NCBI RefSeq assembly: GCF_006345805.1
Contig: NC_043016.1
Span: forward strand, 14,508,001 to 14,572,000
Source of the DNA: Octopus sinensis
Taxonomy: Eukaryota
DNA: 64,000 nt
Direction: 5' to 3'
Below the pieces are notes generated by a model. The model had not been told where the DNA came from and ran no database searches. It saw nothing but the letters and a program-made list of their open reading frames with translations. The position numbers were made by a program, and so were the translations under genes. Below are positions 49,568 to 60,781 of this stretch, piece after piece; within the stretch, counting starts at the first letter, position 1; every line of letters begins with the position of its first letter.

Positions 49568-50145
49568 AATTGTTAAGTTTATTTTAAATTTTTAACTGTA
49601 TTTTCAGTTTTAAAACTTATTTGCAATTGTTAAATTTATTTACTATTTTCTGAATTTATTTTTAGTTTTTAAATATAGTTTCGATTTTTAACTTTATTTT
49701 TGAATTTTAACTTTATTTTCAATTTTAAATTTAATTTCTATTTTTGAATTCATTTTCAATTTTTGACTATAGTTTCAATTTTTTTAGTTTCTTTTCAATT
49801 TTTATATTCATTTTCAATTTTTCATATTTATTTTCAATTTTTAAATTTATATTCAATTTTAAAATTTATTTTCAATTTTTTAATTTATTTTCAATATTTT
49901 AATTTATTTTCAATTTTTAATTTATTTTCAATTTTTATATTTAATTTCAATTTTTAAATTTATTTTTAGCTTTTGAATTTATTTTCAATTTTTAAATTTA
50001 TTTTCGAATTTTAACTTTATTTTCAATTTTTAGCTTATTTTCAAATTTTAAATTTGCTTTCAATTTTTTTAGTTTATTATCAATTTTTAATTTATTTTTA
50101 ACTTTTAATTTTATTTTCAAATTTTGAATTTATTTTTAATTCTAT

Positions 50146-50760
50146 ATCATCATCATCATCATCGTTTAATGTCCGTTTTCCATGCTGGCATGGGTTGGAC
50201 AGTTCAACTGGGGTCTGGGAAGCCAGAAGGCTGCGCCAGGCCCAGTCTGATCTGGCAGTGTTTCTACAGCTGGATGCCTTTCCTAACACCAACTACTCCA
50301 AGATTGTAGTGGGTCTTTTTACGTGCCATCTGCACAGGTGCCAGACAAGGCTGGCAAACGGTCACGATCCGATGGTGCTTTTTACGTGCTACCGGCACAG
50401 GGGTCAGACGAGGCTGGCAATGGCCACAATCAGATGGTGCTTTTTACGTGCTGCCGGCATGGAGGCCAGTCAGGGCGGCGCTGGCAACGGCCACGTTCGG
50501 ATGGTTCTTTTACGTGCCACCAGCACTGGTATCACTGCTACAATTTCCATTGATGTTGATCGATTTCGATTTTGATTTTCACTTGCCTCAACAGGTCTTC
50601 ACAAGTAGGGTTTGTGTCACAAGAAGGAAAGGTATGCATAAGTGGACTCGCTACATCCCAGGTAGAGGCCACGGGTTATAGTCTCACTTGTCCTGCCGGG
50701 TCTTCCCACGCACAGCATACTTCCAAAGGTCTCGGTCTCTGGTCATTTCCTCGGTGAGTA
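50146..50760 (-). mobile_element. RTE 3' UTR plus ORF end
   Basis: (CAT)n tail, UTR repeats and GTCTTCCCACGCACAGCATACTTCCAAAGGTCTCGG. Confidence 0.85.
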
Positions 50761-50956
50761 TTAGACTATGTATTAGACTAATTTATAACCTTTGATTCAA
50801 AAATATTTCCTTCAGTTTTTTTCTCTACCCTTGCTATAATATATCAGCTGAACTTCTTTTCTGTGATTTATACCTTTGAAAGAATGTGGCCATAGTGAAA
50901 CACTTTATTGACGTTTGGGTATTCATTTACTTGTATATATACATGCATGCACATAT

Positions 50957-51010
<54 letters not shown>

Positions 51011-51591
51011 GCGCGCACGCACACACACACACACACACACACATACTCTGGCAGGTGATTCAGGTGTGCAAAATCATGAGGAAGAGTGACACATCCTCAA
51101 GTGGCTATGTAAACTGATTCTTGGCTCAACAGGACTTTCCTTCCTATCTACACTTAGTCAGTTCATGCAGTCCAGTCACACAGTTTAGACTTGGAAGTCT
51201 GACCATTGTGGCTCAGCAGGCTTGGACAGCTGCAGTGACCAGCGAGCAGTAAAGTCTTTTTATATTGGAGTGGGCTTACAGGGTTGGAATTGCCAGAAGG
51301 GCGTCAAAGATGGCACCAGATTGCCTGAGTGACTCTACCTCTTGAATTATTGTTTGTTCCTATATGGCAGTGAGTAGTGTTTATTATGTTGAGCATGAAA
51401 ATTTTTTACAGTGGTGCTTCCGACAAATGGCATTCTTTATGTAATTTAGGAAGGAAATATCTTGCTAACATATTGGGACAGTTTCAGATCATATGTGTAA
51501 TGCTTTTACCCATATACGTGACATAACCAAAAGTTTTGTAGCATTTGATGAAACACATCCTCTCTCTCTGACATATATATATTACAAATAA

Positions 51592-52544
51592 TGTCGTGGC
51601 AGATAGCAGCCATCTTTCGGGTGTTTAGGACCAGTTATGTCCGCTGCTCTGATTGGTTGGTTTTGGTGCAGTTTTATCTCTGCTTTATTTCGTGCCAATG
51701 TGTAAACCAACCAATCGCAACCTTCAGATAAGGTCCTGTGACACTGTTTTTCTAATGTCTTGTTTGAGCCAACTAAACCCTTTAAAAAGGCTAGATTGAC
51801 AGACCATTTCGTCTTTGGTTCTAGTCCTTATTAGGACTAACCTCTGACCACCGAGCAACTCAGCTATGTTCCAGTGACAGCCAGTTCCAGCAACAGACAG
51901 CAACGACACCAACACCAACATGCAGCAACTCAGGACTTTTCTCCACTGTCACCTTAAGCTTATCGTCGCCCTTCAACTTCACATCATCTCCACCAACATC
52001 AATATGTACACACCAACACCAACATCGTTCCAGGTTTAACTTCACTCTGTTTGTGAATACTCACCAAGGTTAACAGCTCCAGTCTACCTGTGAGAACTTT
52101 CTGTACCAAAGTAACCTGGCATAGGATAGAAGCCACAACCACTACAAAACATGTGTTCAACCGGCTCTCCACTTTGCCTCAACTTCATTGATACAGAACC
52201 TTTGCTATGGTGTCTTACACTGAACTGGTATTTATCAACATCTTGTCTGAACATTAATTTTGGTATCCTGAGAAACACATTTTCTATTGTTCTTTATTAT
52301 CCTATACACACTTACAACGCACTCACGAACACACATACACACACTTGTCGCACTCGTAGACAAACACTCTGCTCCTCACGAACACATCTGCAAATGAAGT
52401 CTTCTCTCTTATACATTATATGGTTGTGTTTCTTTCCTTATTCTTTCTTGGCACTGGTATTCTTTTATCCCATGTATTTTGGCTTCTTTTCTATGTGTCC
52501 GTGCGGTGTTTAAAAAGGAGACATTCATCACCGTCTCCTTTACA
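51592..52544. mobile_element. possible solo LTR
   Basis: TGTCGTGG...CCTTTACA termini, CCAAT-like boxes and a TTTAAAAAGG TATA-like site. No TSD seen. Confidence 0.3.
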
Positions 52545-52980
52545 TACGGTCACTCTTCAGTTTTGTAGACATTTTGTTAGTGAACTTCCAAGACATCAGT
52601 TTTAGACATTATATTATGTCTCTTTATTTATTTTTTTAAAAAACAATTATAACAATATACATACATGTATAACATATTATGCTTTACATATATAATATAT
52701 AAAAATATTAGTAATTATTAAAAAATATAACTTAGAGCATAGAAAGTAGAATAATTTCTTACAGCTGTTTCAGCCAAGAGGCCATAGTACCCCACTTTAT
52801 TTCCATCCCTTAAGTGAACTGAAGTATTTGGTAGATAAGATTAAGTTACTTGGGTGTGTCTCTGGGCTTCGTCAGAGAGTTTAGAAAGTTCATAAGGTTA
52901 AGTTATAAATATAAATTCATACATATATCACACTTTTACATATGCATACATATATATATATAAACATACATAAACAAAAA

Positions 52981-53025
52981 CATATATATATTTATATGTA
53001 TATGTATATGCATACAAAGGAATCA

Positions 53026-53070
<45 letters not shown>

Positions 53071-54073
53071 TAGTTTTATTTTTATAGCGTGCTTTCACTT
53101 CACTACCGAGCGCAGCTCTGTGTGCCTTGGGTATGTGCTGTGATTTGTTGTGATGCTCTGATGGTTATTGTATGGAAAGTGTTCTGCGTAGGATGTGTGC
53201 AGTGCCTAGTAGTGCAATTTTCTGTATGTTATATGTGTTTGTAAGTCCTGGTGTTTTTGTTATGTATTTGTCTGAATATTTTTTTATCATGCCTAATGCA
53301 CCTACTATGATAGGAATTGTTTCTGTTTTCAGGTTCCACATTCTAGTTATCTCTATTTCCAGGTCTTTGTATTTTGAGAGTTTCTCCATTTCTTTTAGAG
53401 ACACGTTGTCATCTGCCGGTATTGATACATCAATTAGAAAGCATTTTTTTTCTTCATGATCTCTGACAACTATATCTGGTCTGTTGGCCTTAATTTCTCT
53501 ATCTGTGGTATCGGCATATCCCAGAGTATGGTTGCTTTCTCGTTTTCTGTGACCTTTTCTGGTGTGTGCCTATACCATCTTTTTTCTGTTGTTATTCCAT
53601 AATGTTGGCATAGCTTCCAATGTATGTAGGTTCCAACTCTGTCATGTCTGTGAATATATTCCTTCTTAGCCAGGACTGGGCAGCTAGAGATAATATGATT
53701 TATTGTTTCTTGTCCATCTCCACATATTCTGCAGTTACTTGTAATATTTTTTTTCATTACATGTTTTTGGTAATTTCTGGTGGGGAGGCTTTGGTCTTGT
53801 GCTGCAATTAAAAATCCCTCTGTTTCTGCTTTGAGTCCTGAGCTTCTCAACCATTGCTGGGATTTTTCTTTGTCTATTTCTTTTGCGTTTAGTTTAGTGC
53901 AGTATTTACCATGAAGGGGCTTTTCTTGCCATCGTTTTATCATGGCTCGTTGCTGTTCTATTTTTAGTTTGGATTTCATTTGTTTTATAGCTTTTGTTGT
54001 TTCTTCATCATCTGCTTCTTCTTCTTTGTGTTTATTAGGTGGTTTGATTTCTTGTTTGTATTTGTCAGCTTCC

Positions 54074-54148
<75 letters not shown>

Positions 54149-54760
54149 TATTAGGTGTATTATATTATTCTTATTAGATGAAGTATAAACAGAGGAAGGA
54201 GAAAGTTATCAAAAGAGAAATAATAGTGCATTTAAGAAATCAATATATCTTAAGATTATTGTAGTTATGTAGGGATGAAAAGGTATATAAAAGAGGAATA
54301 CACATATATATATATACACATATACACACACAAACACAAACCCACACACAAACATACACACATACACACACACACACATATATATATACATATATATTTA
54401 CATACAAACATACCCACAGGTACATACATATTACATGTGTTATGTACCTATGGGTATGTTTGTGCATAAATATATATGTATATATATATATGTATGTGCG
54501 TGTATGTATATATATATATATATATGTATTCCTCATTTATATACCTTTTCATTCCTACATAACTACAATAATCTTAAGATATATTGAATTCTTAAATTCC
54601 ACTATTATTTCTCTTTTGATAACTTTCTCCTTCCTCTGTTTATACTTCATCTAATAAGAATAATATAATACACCTAATAATGATAATAATAATAATTGAT
54701 TCCTCTGTATGCATAGTCCTTTGTATGCATATACATATACATATAAATATATATATATGT
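52981..54760. repeat. inverted (fold-back) duplication with a LINE in the left arm
   Basis: 54148-54426 mirrors 54441-54680 (14-nt spacer), and 52981-53067 mirrors 54681-54760. Confidence 0.85.
53068..54073 (-). mobile_element. 5'-truncated R4/Dong-like non-LTR element (zinc knuckle plus restriction-like endonuclease)
   Basis: LHG...ETEGFLIAAQDQ, CRICGDGQETINHIISSC, RHD, RPDIVV, LIDVSIP and KLSKYKDL. One frameshift near 53510. Flanked by (ATT)n on both sides. Confidence 0.92.
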
Positions 54761-54991
54761 ATAATGTCTAAAAGTTGATGAACACCACCTCTTGATCCCA
54801 TCCATTTTCTTATTGCTGTATAAATTAAGGGTAAAAAAAAACTTTTTACCCTCACCCATTTATTACATTCAGTAGTGTGATTGCCATGCAATGAACACTT
54901 GTGTATTAATAATTGGGTATTCTACCAGCAGTATATTGGATAGATATTATCCTTAGTTGGTTGGATTCACAACCTCTAACTCTCTTTGAAT

Positions 54992-55023
<32 letters not shown>

Positions 55024-55241
55024 ATATATAATAATAAATCTCTAAGCGAGGTATAAACAGTAACTGCTCTGTAATATAAGCGGGACCAGCCATCTGAATG
55101 TGGCTAGGGACAGGGCGGGGTGGTGGGGGTGTTACTGATGCATTTAGCCCCAGGCGACTATAGACGTCACCAGGAGAGCCGACACCATCACGGTGTCCTT
55201 GCTAGCCTGTAAAGGGAGATCAGCCTCCCCGAAGATACGGA

Positions 55242-55296
55242 TGCTACACACGGACCGGTTTCGAGGTGGTCGCCTCTCGTCAGCGCATGGCAAGCA
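55242..55296 (-). ncRNA. type I hammerhead ribozyme (mirror copy)
   Basis: Exact reverse complement of 55465-55519. Confidence 0.85.
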
Positions 55297-55464
55297 CCGT
55301 TCTTCGTTGAGGGACTTCCTCTACAGGCTAGAATATATAGATTTTCACTGTAAACACAGTCACAGGCGTCGAAAAGCTGTTCGATAACAATAATAAATCT
55401 CTTGTGTTTACAGTGAAAATCTATATATTCTAGCCTGTAGAGGAAGTCCCTCAACGAAGAACGG

Positions 55465-55519
55465 TGCTTGCCATGCGCTGACGAGAGGCGACCACCTCGA
55501 AACCGGTCCGTGTGTAGCA
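55465..55519 (+). ncRNA. type I hammerhead ribozyme, complete core
   Basis: TGCTTGCCATGCG-CTGACGA-GAGG(CGACCA)CCTC-GAAA-CCGG-TC-CGTGTGTAGCA. Predicted cleavage after 55508. Confidence 0.85.
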
Positions 55520-55717
55520 TCCGTATCTTCGGGGAGGCTGATCTCCCTTTACAGGCTAGCAAGGACACCGTGATGGTGTCGGCTCTCCTGGTGACATCTA
55601 TAGTCGCCTGGGGCTAAATGCATCAGTAACACCCCCACCACCCCGCCCTGTCCCTAGCCACATTCAGATGGCTGGTCCCGCTTATATTATATATATTTAT
55701 ATATATATATATATATA

Positions 55718-55920
55718 TTGGCTCTCGTGCTGGTGGCACATAAAAGCAGCCACTACACTCTCAGAGTGGTTGGCATTAGGAAGGGCATCCAGCTGTAGAA
55801 ACTCTGCCAGATCAGATTGGAGCATGGTGCAGCCATCTGGTTCACCAGTCCTCAGTCAAATCGTCCAACCCATGCTAGCATGGAAAACGGACGTTAAATG
55901 ATGATGATGATGATGATGAT
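55718..55920 (+). mobile_element. RTE 3' UTR copy
   Basis: Consensus block ending CGGACGTTAAAT(GAT)n. Confidence 0.85.
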
Positions 55921-55924
55921 AATA

Positions 55925-56672
55925 TATATATGCTTCCGGCACCAGTTCCACATAGCCCTTGCCCATTCAAAGTACCTTGGGTCCCAGAACATCTCGCTGT
56001 GCTTGAGGAGACCTGTTGAGTCAAGTGCATGTACATGAACATTGAAACAAATATCAATGGAAATAGTAGTTGTGATACCTGTGCCGGTGGCACATAAAAA
56101 GCACCATCCGAACGTGGCCGTTGCCAGCGCCGCCTCGACTGGCTTCTGTTCTGGTGACACATAAAAAGCACCATCCGAATGTAGCCGATGCCAGCGCCTT
56201 CTCGACTGGCTTCTGTTCTGGTGGCACATAAAAAGCACATCCGAACGTGGCCGTTGCCAGCGCCGCCTCGACTGGCTTCTGTTCTGGTGACACATAAAAA
56301 GCACCATCCGAATGTAGCCGATGCCAGCGCCTTCTCGACTGGCTTCTGTTCTGGTGGCACATAAAAAGCACCATCTGAACGTGGCCGATGCCAGCGCCGC
56401 CTTGGCTGGCTTCCGTGCCAGTGGCACGTTAAAAGCACCAACCGATCGTGGCTGATGCCAGACCCCCCCCTGGCACCTGTGCAGGTGGCACGTAAAAAGC
56501 ACCCACTACACTCGCGGAGTGGTTGGCATTAGGAAGGGCATCCAGCCGTAGAAACACTGCCAGATCAGACTGGAGCCTGGTGCTGCCCCTGGCTTCCCAG
56601 ACCCCAGTTGAACCGTCCAACCCATGCTAGCACGGAAAACGGACGTTAAACGAGGATGATGATGATGATGAT
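55925..56672 (+). mobile_element. RTE 3' UTR copy with a 67-bp tandem array
   Basis: Unit starts at 56086, 56153, 56220, 56286, 56353 and 56420; (GAT)n tail. Confidence 0.9.
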
Positions 56673-56838
56673 AAGCATTTAAAGGTAGAAGATAAGATAA
56701 ATTGCAATTAAAATGTTAAATGGCATTAAATTTGAGTCATAAAATGGAGAAAACAATGAGATAACATATGTCTACACACACACATGAACAACCAAAATGC
56801 TCATGTGTATGCACATACACACACACATATACATACTT

Positions 56839-56951
<113 letters not shown>

Positions 56952-57279
56952 ATACATATATATATAGACATACATACATATATAGACACACACATAGATA
57001 CATATACACACACACACACACACGCACACACATACACACACATACTCATATGGCATAAAGGCATGCCCTCTGGACAAAAGGAAAACAAATATATACAAAA
57101 ATATCTAAGAGACCAAAAAAATAGGCCAATAACCAAGAAAGTTCAATAACCAATTAAGTAGAAGAAAAATAAGTTTATGAGTTTAGTGTCTTTTGTTGCA
57201 CTTGTCAAATAGGAGACCAGATATTCACAATATACTTGATCGCATGTCGGCAGGTACTTTGCCTTTCGTTTTTAAGTAC

Positions 57280-57483
57280 CATATGTAATTAGAGAGCTTT
57301 GTGCTTTTATGAACACTCCAATTGCTAAAGGAGTGGGAATAGTATTAAACTTCACTTTGAAGCTTTCTTCAGTAAGCCCCAAGTAATTCTCAGCAGAGAT
57401 TGTGTTGTCAACACCGGTCACTTTGACCGACACTTCGAACATGAAGGCCTTGGTCTTACAGGCTTCATTCAGCAAGTACAGAT
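57280..57483 (-). CDS. internal exon of an unidentified gene (204 nt, phase 1 to 1)
   Basis: tgcag|AT CTG...TAT G|gtactt. Open, protein-like and non-repetitive: xLYLLNEACKTKAFMFEVSVKVTGVDNTISAENYLGLTEESFKVKFNTIPTPLAIGVFIKAQSSLITY. Family not recognised. Confidence 0.6.
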
Positions 57484-57508
57484 CTGCATTATTGCAAGAA
57501 CAGCTTAA

Positions 57509-57729
57509 CCCTTTAGTGTTCACATTATTCTGCCAAAATTAATCCTTTTTTATCCACATTGTTTTGAACTAATCATACATTATGTTGTAGCTTTGAGATT
57601 TTGATGAGGTAACTGTTAACTTTTAAAATGATATTGTAGGGTTGGTGTGAGAAACCAGATCTGGCCAGTTTGAACATAAAATAGGCAGAGTACTTTTGGC
57701 CAGATATGGCCGGTTTAAAAGCTAAAGGG
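57509..57729. mobile_element. piggyBac-type MITE
   Basis: TTAA|CCCTTTAG...CTAAAGGG|TTAA. Confidence 0.8.
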
Positions 57730-57944
57730 TTAAATCATAAAATGCCACAACAAGTGCAAACGTTTGTTAATATCTTGATTGCTTATTTGAAGGGCATTTA
57801 GTGGATGATATGATTCAGGTCTACTTTTGTGAAAATACTGGCTTTATTAAAAGATACAGATGAACATGCATGCATATGTGTTTGTGTAAGTGATAAACCA
57901 GATGTTCCAGTATGACTACTAAGATAAATTTTTTGTGGTACCAG

Positions 57945-58524
57945 TGCCGGTGGCATGTGGCACATAAGAAAACCATCCGAACGTGGCTGTAGCCAGTACC
58001 GCATCGACTGGCCTCCGTGCTGTGGGCACGTAACAAGCACCATCCGATCGTGGCCGTTTGCCAGCCTCATCTGGCACCTGTGTCGGTGGCACATAAAAAC
58101 ACCATCCGAGCGTGGCCGTCTGCCAGCCTCGTCTGGCACTGTGTCGGTGGCACATAAAAACACCATCCGAGCGTGGCCGTCTGCCAGCCTCGTCTGGCAC
58201 CTGTGTCGGTGGCACATAAAAAACACCATCCGAGCGTGGCCGTCTGCCAGCCTCGTCTGGCACCTGTGTCGGTGGCACATAAAAAACACCATCCGAGCGT
58301 GGCCGTTTGTCAGCCTCGTCTGGCACCTGTGTCGGTGGCACATAAAAAACACCCACTACACTCTCGGAGTGGTTGGCGTTAGGAAGGGCATCCAGCTGTA
58401 GAAACACTGCCAGATCTGACTGGACTGGTGCAGCTTTCGGGCTCCCCAGACCCCAGTTGAACCGTCCAACCCATGCTAGCATGGAAAGCGGACGTTAAAT
58501 GATGATGATGATGATGATGATGAT
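57945..58524 (+). mobile_element. RTE 3' UTR copy with a ~60-bp tandem array
   Basis: GTCGGTGGCACATAAAAACACCATCCGAGCGTGGCCGT repeated, with a (GAT)n tail. Confidence 0.9.
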
Positions 58525-59211
58525 GTGGTTTGTGCATGTGTAAGCATAGGTTTATATATATGTATGAGAACAGGCAAGAGAAATGTTCAGAATAATCATG
58601 ACCTTCGAAAAATTCTACTGAAATTTGTTAGAATTATCAGTACATTTAATTTAATTTAATGATTCTTTTCAAAGTGGAAAAAGCAGTTTGTAGTAAATAA
58701 CTATTGTTTTAGGTAGAAGACATATTCTGTCAATTGAGCAACTGTTTTGTACTCCTGCCAGAAAAAAATGTTAAATGCACTGCCCAAAGGAATGGAAAGT
58801 GAGATGTGTTGACATTCACGATTCATTCCTATGAATGATAATCTCTATTCATTGTAGGGTCCTTGAAACGTCCCCCTTACACAGGAGGAACACCAATTCA
58901 ATAATTGTTATTTAGTTGGATACCAATCAACTATGAAGAATTAGTGTTTAGCAATGTTCTGCTGTGGGTCTAGTGGAGGTGATACATGTCAGTCGATGCA
59001 GGTGAAGTGAATTAATAAGGTTGTGTTAGACATTACAGCATTGGATGGTATTCCATTTATGTACTGCAATGATGGAATGTTAGCTGGATTGAAACAGGAT
59101 AGCATACAGGTTACGGAGGCAGTTTTTGTATGCCTTTGTACAAAAGCATACAAAAGGTTCTGTAGGGCCAAGGAGAACCTTGTTGATGAGGTTTTAAGAA
59201 AGGATGATAAC

Positions 59212-59520
59212 ATCATCATCATCATCATTATTTAACGTCCATTGTCCATGCTGGCATGGGTTGGATGGTTTGACCAAGCTGGTAAGCTGAGGGGCTGCTC
59301 TAGACTCCAGTCTGATTTGGCATGGTTTTCTACAGACGGGTGCCCTTCCTAATACCAACCAATCCAAGAGTGTAATGAGTGCTTTTACGTGCCACTCGTA
59401 CAGGTGCCATTTATGTGACACCAGTATCTGCCATGACTATAATTTTGCTTGGTTTGATGGGTCTTCTTCAGAAGCATGACATAATGCCAAAGGTCTTGGT
59501 CATTGCTTCCATGAAGCCAA
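59212..59520 (-). mobile_element. RTE 3' UTR copy
   Basis: (CAT)n-TTTAACGTCCATTGTCCATGCTGGC consensus. Confidence 0.8.
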
Positions 59521-60360
59521 CAGTAATAATAAAATTCTCACTGAAGACTGAGACTGCTATTTCTATTAGGGAATGTGGTTTGATGTCATCTGTTCTTGTT
59601 AGACATGACTTACACATCTTGTTTACACAACGCTGATTAAAATTTTATACTTTGTTAAAATGTTCATTGAATCAGGGACCAGAGAAAAGAAAAGGACGAA
59701 GGACAAAAACAATATTAGGGAAGCAATTTATGGAAGGTTAAATGTTTAATTAATGATCAAAAGTCAAACTGACTGAAAATTACCGTGTCTTATCAATAAA
59801 AAACCTGTGAGTTGTTGATATTGTTTATCTCTTTTTTTGTGTGTTTCTGAAAAACACTACACCCAAAATTCTTCAAATAACTAATGAATAAAGAGAAAGA
59901 TAAAAGCAAATAAAACAAAGGGCACCTACAACCAGGACCAGATCTAAACCAAAGTTCAGTGTGCCTCTTATACACAAGAATTAAAATCTTAGAAAATTAC
60001 CAAATTTAAATCTCAAAACCCATTTATTTCAAAAACTTGAATTTGGTGAGTTAGTAGAGAAAGTTTAAATAAATGACTGAAAATGTTGCTTTATAGATTC
60101 ACTTTTTCAAAATTCAAATTCTGTTTTTTTCACGCATCCACTTGCGGTGTTTGACTTTTCCTTCATTGTGAAAAGTACAATGAAGGGGAGGGAAGAGGCA
60201 GGGTAAGATTGTTCTCTTTTACTGTGAATTACAAATGCTTCAGAATGCAGAATAAGATAAAATCACAGAAAATTACGAAAAAGAAAACAAATCATTTTTG
60301 TGGTTGTTGCTGTTCCAAAGGCATGATGAGTGTGTGTGTGTGTGTGTTGTGTGTGTGTGT

Positions 60361-60404
<44 letters not shown>

Positions 60405-60781
60405 TGTGTGTTTGTGTGTGTGTGTGTGTCTGTGTGTGTGTATGAGGGGTGGGTGGAGACACCAACATTTAAAAGACATGGATTTTGTTTTGAAAGGGGT
60501 TCCTTTCATTGTTTTACAATGCGTGAAAAAAAAGTGATTGGGGAGTGAGTGAAATTCTGACGAAATGGAGAATTTCAAACAGCTATTCCTGAAAGTCTGC
60601 TTTTCCAATTTCCTGTAAGTGTAGGAGGGGCACAATGGATAATATTTTCTGCATTTTTGACTTTAAAGAAAATATATTTTGAAAAAATGTTCACTACCTT
60701 TTTCCAAAACTATATCAGTGAAGTAAAGACCTTCTCTAAATGCAGTAAAACCTATAACATATTTAGTACACTATTTAGTAC

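Larger units (their letters stand above)
46819..50142. repeat. AT-rich degenerate satellite, unit about AATTTATTTTCAATTTTT
   Basis: A ~16-18 bp unit repeated over 3.3 kb, T-rich on the + strand, interrupted by SINEs. Confidence 0.92.
55030..55689. mobile_element. retrozyme-like element as a near-perfect 287-bp inverted repeat
   Basis: Arms at 55072-55358 and 55403-55689 with 1 mismatch. 14-bp terminal redundancy at 55030-55043 and 55389-55402. (TA)n flanks. Confidence 0.9.

Noticed and set aside
55145-55300. HDV-like ribozyme in the palindrome (CAGCCTCCCCG resembles L3)
   Set aside because: The nested double pseudoknot could not be built; the hammerhead on the other strand explains the structure.
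55188-55568. Mirror ORFs MSLLACKGRSASPK... on both strands
   Set aside because: An artefact of the inverted repeat: GTG starts and no protein features.
58860-59235. Overlapping ORFs on both strands and a 32-bp palindrome at 59124-59155
   Set aside because: No recognisable motif or consistent splice phase. Possibly an old transposon relic; the palindrome alone is unremarkable.
59784-59846. Possible 63-nt - strand exon ending ...FLLIRHG, resembling a histidine-phosphatase RHG motif
   Set aside because: It is on the wrong strand and side for PGAM5, and joining it to the 63726 exon creates TAA. Probably chance.
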